The notes beneath the pieces are model-generated. The model made no database searches and was not told the origin of the DNA. It saw nothing but the letters and a program-made list of their open reading frames with translations. A DNA stretch of 31,709 nucleotides from an uncultured Planctomycetota bacterium (lineage in GTDB: Bacteria > Planctomycetota > Planctomycetia > Pirellulales > Lacipirellulaceae), in assembly GCA_963719315.1 (NCBI GenBank), contig CAVRBU010000015.1, positions 1 through 31,709 on the forward strand. Reading direction: 5' to 3'. Below, piece after piece: positions 28,771-31,709 of this stretch (the stretch's first letter is position 1; the number at the start of each line of letters is the position of its first letter). The translations under genes were made by a program, and so were the position numbers.

Positions 28771-29636
28771 ATGATTGGGCGATCCTTCAAAAGATTGAAA
28801 GACACATTTGCAGCGGTGAACCGCACAGCCGCCGATGCTGCGCGAATTCAGCAAGTAGTTCTGCAGCGTGAATTGGATCGTCTCGCTCGCGGCCCAAGTG
28901 TTCCGATCCAAAACACCTCGCGACTCACGGCGCTAAAATCTATTGTCAGTGCGACGAAGATGGAATCATCGCGGAGATCTTCCGCAGGATAGGAACGACG
29001 AACAAGTGCTTTGTCGAATTTGGTATTGGCGACGGCTTGGAAAACAACACACACGCTTTGTTGTTCGACGTTTGGCGCGGACTTTGGATAGACGCATCTT
29101 CCCGCTCGATCAGGAATATTCGAAGTTCTTGTGCTTCGGTTATTGGCTCTGGAAGGCTTCGTGTAGTCGAATCGTTCATCACGACGGAGAATATCAACAG
29201 TTTGATTCGTGAAAACATTGAGCATCAGGAAATTGACTTTCTATGCGTAGATATCGACGGAAACGACTACCACGTTCTTAATGCGATTGATTGTGTAAGT
29301 GCGCGTGTGATTGCGATCGAATACAATGCCAAATTTCCACCACCATTAAGCTATTGCATGAAATACGATCCAACGCATTGCTGGGGCGCCAATGACAATT
29401 TCGGGGCCTCGCTCAAATTCCTCGAAATGAATTTGAGGAATAGGAACTATTCGCTTGTAGGTTGCAGCTTATCGGGAGCCAATGCGTTCTTCGTTCGAAA
29501 CGACCTTACTGCCGACAGATTTCTTGAGCCGTTTACGGCGGAAAATCACTACGAACCGGCGCGGTACTATCTTGCGAGTGTGAATTCCGGTCATGCCTCG
29601 TCCTTCGCAGCGTTGGCTAATTCGGTTCGTGAATAA
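28771..29636 (+). CDS. FkbM-like methyltransferase-fold protein (frameshift at ~28894)
   Basis: After a one-base loss in the C run at 28893-28895 it reads IYCQCDEDGIIAEIFRRIGTTNKCFVEFGIGDGLENNT, continuous with FITTENIN, CVDIDGNDY and VIAIEYNA of the 29037..29636 ORF. Confidence 0.75.
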
Positions 29637-29719
29637 TAGCGCTCATCGGTCGGCAAGCTCTCAAATACATTGCGGCAACCAACCTATCCTTGGACTACAA
29701 CGCAACGAATACAGTTGAT

Positions 29720-31262
29720 ATGACGATACCGAAGATCATCCATTTTACGATTCCGGAGAGTCCCACCGAAGTTCAACTGCGGAATATCCAATCCGCACGC
29801 GATTTGCACCCCGGCTGGGATGTCGTAGTTTGGAAAGATCCGGTCGATCGCTCTTCGTTTACACTCGCCAAGTACTGGGACAAGACAAATTCGGGGGCCC
29901 AACTCGCCGATTTGATTCGGCTGGAAGTCGTCCACCAACAGGGCGGCTTTTACGTCGATTCAGATATTGTCCTGTTGAGGAACCTGGATGCTCTGCGGCA
30001 TTTCTCTTTCGTGGTCGGAACTGAGGACGGGCATCTGCTCACGAACGCCTTCTTCGGCGCCGAGCCGCAAAGCCCCGTGCTGGCGGACCTCATCGACGAA
30101 TTAAACCGCCATGAAGTGGATTGGAAGTTGCCGCCCGACATCACGACGGGGCCGCGGTTTTTCCTGAGGGAATTGAAATGGCGGGAGGACGTAACGGTCT
30201 TGCCCCGCGAAACTTTCTATCCCTATTTCCCCAGTACGCGGCCTCTGCCGCCTCGAAGGTGGACGTACGGAACGCATCTTTGGGTTTCCTCCTGGAAAAT
30301 GAGGAAGGGGCGGCCCCGACCGTTTCGGCGCATTTATCGTTCCGTCCGAGGCCGCATCCTCCGGCTGGGGCGGTGGCTCGTTACGAACACCCGCATTAGG
30401 TTGCTCACCTGGCGACACAGAATGCGGCTCCATCGTCCTGAATCGTACAATGCAAGCGGGATCATCTGCGCAGACAGTCCATGGCCCCAAGATCTATTTG
30501 TCGGGTGAGGACGTATCGATTACGCCCGAAATCGCCCATCGCGGAACCTACGAGTTTTACGAGGAGTTGTTCGCCAAGCGCGTTGTTCGTCGCGGGGATT
30601 GGGCGATCGATGTCGGCGCTAATGTCGGTGCGTTCTCACTGGTGTTTGCCCAAGTCGTGGGTCCGTTCGGCCGCGTGTTTTCCTATGAGCCCAATCCCCT
30701 ACCTGCTTCGCTATTGAAAAGATCGTTGGTAATGAATTGGTTTCATGACCGCGTTGTAGTTCGGCAGGTGGTGCTCGCCTCGAATGCTGGCACCTGCACG
30801 CTGAGATTCAGTCGCGAACGACTCGGTGACGCAACGCTCGTCTCTAAGGATAACACGGGCACGTTTGAAAAAAGCCTTTCATTGCTAACGAATAGCGACG
30901 AAGTTGACGTCGCTGTATCTACATTGGACGAAGACTTTCCGATCGACCTGCCCATTCGCATCCTAAAGATCGACGCCGAAGGATTCGATCACCACGTGCT
31001 ACGCGGCGCCTCGCGTCTGCTCGAGCGAAATTGTATCGACATCCTCATGCTGGAGTGCGATCAAGAAATCTCCGGCGGGACTTGGGACGAGTACGTCGTG
31101 GAACTGAGAAAGATCATTGCCTACGGCTACGACACGTATACCTTGACGAAATCGGCAAAGCTCAAGCCGATCGATTTCAACGACGTGTTGTATGCCATCC
31201 GAGACAGAAACATCGTTCTCGTGTCCAAGGACGCCAAACACACGATTCGAGAGTTGGCGTAA
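29720..31262 (+). CDS. Probable GT32 (DxD, OCH1-like) glycosyltransferase - FkbM methyltransferase fusion (frameshift at ~30470)
   Basis: MTIPKIIHF, ADLIRLEVVHQQGGFYVDSD, TTGPRF and THLWVSSW. Loss of 2 nt in TGC(GC)GCAG would join it to QTVHGPKIYL, AIDVGANVG, FSYEPNP and ILKIDAEGFD. Confidence 0.75.
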
Positions 31263-31709
31263 GTGAGGTGGAAACAGTTTAGCCGCATGAAGTAGCTGAG
31301 CAAGAGTCACACGAATTTCACGGATCAACGTTTGCGTAACAGTTTGGTGGATGGCAGAGCCGTTCACGGCTCTTTCCACCGAAGGTGATATTAGGCCCTT
31401 CAATCGGCTAAACTGTTGCATTTCTTCCACTAATTCCGAATCAGTGGATATTAGCGAAGATCAGTGTTCCGCCCTCTTTGTCTGAACTTGGAAATACTAC
31501 CATTGGCATTCCGATTGAGGTCGTCCGGCATGCTGCTGTTACGCGGTAAAGTGCCCGAAAATCGGCGTCCGCGCCAATCCGCCGAGCAGGTACAATGGGA
31601 CCGAGTTGCCCCGGCGCGCTGCCGTCTGCGGCAAATTGCGCCCTCTACCGACACGGATTGTCTCGACATGCGCCACGCTTCGCCCCATCAGACGCCCCGG
31701 ATTCTCATT

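Noticed and set aside
31263..31709. Short minus-strand ORFs at the window end
   Set aside because: No recognisable family. It may be the 3' end of a gene outside the window, but this cannot be supported.

Overview
A surface-glycan (EPS/capsule/O-glycan) locus, most likely from a planctomycete. The taxonomic evidence is a LEPR-XLL-type N-terminal motif, a dockerin-like plus PEP-CTERM protein and a heptamer-based palindrome. The window opens with a complete GDP-D-glycero-alpha-D-manno-heptose operon (hddA, hddC, gmhB, gmhA), flanked by a Campylobacter Cj1427-like heptose C4-dehydrogenase and a GDP-fucose-synthase-like epimerase/reductase. It also holds a Wzx/Wzy assembly set (wbaP-like initiating transferase, wzy-like polymerase, wzx flippase), five GT4 glycosyltransferases, a probable GT32-FkbM fusion and four further methyltransferase-like genes. 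Three predicted secreted proteins are interspersed: a PEP-CTERM trypsin-like protease, a possible beta-helix protein, and a ~1540-aa protein with a very long, recently expanded RTX repeat array followed by a G8/beta-helix region. Two decayed epimerase remnants and an IS3-family fragment lie in the apparent intergenic gaps. At least eight 1-2 nt deletions, mostly in short homopolymer or dinucleotide runs, split or falsely fuse ORFs and look like long-read assembly errors. All family calls come from motif recognition by eye; no database search was run.
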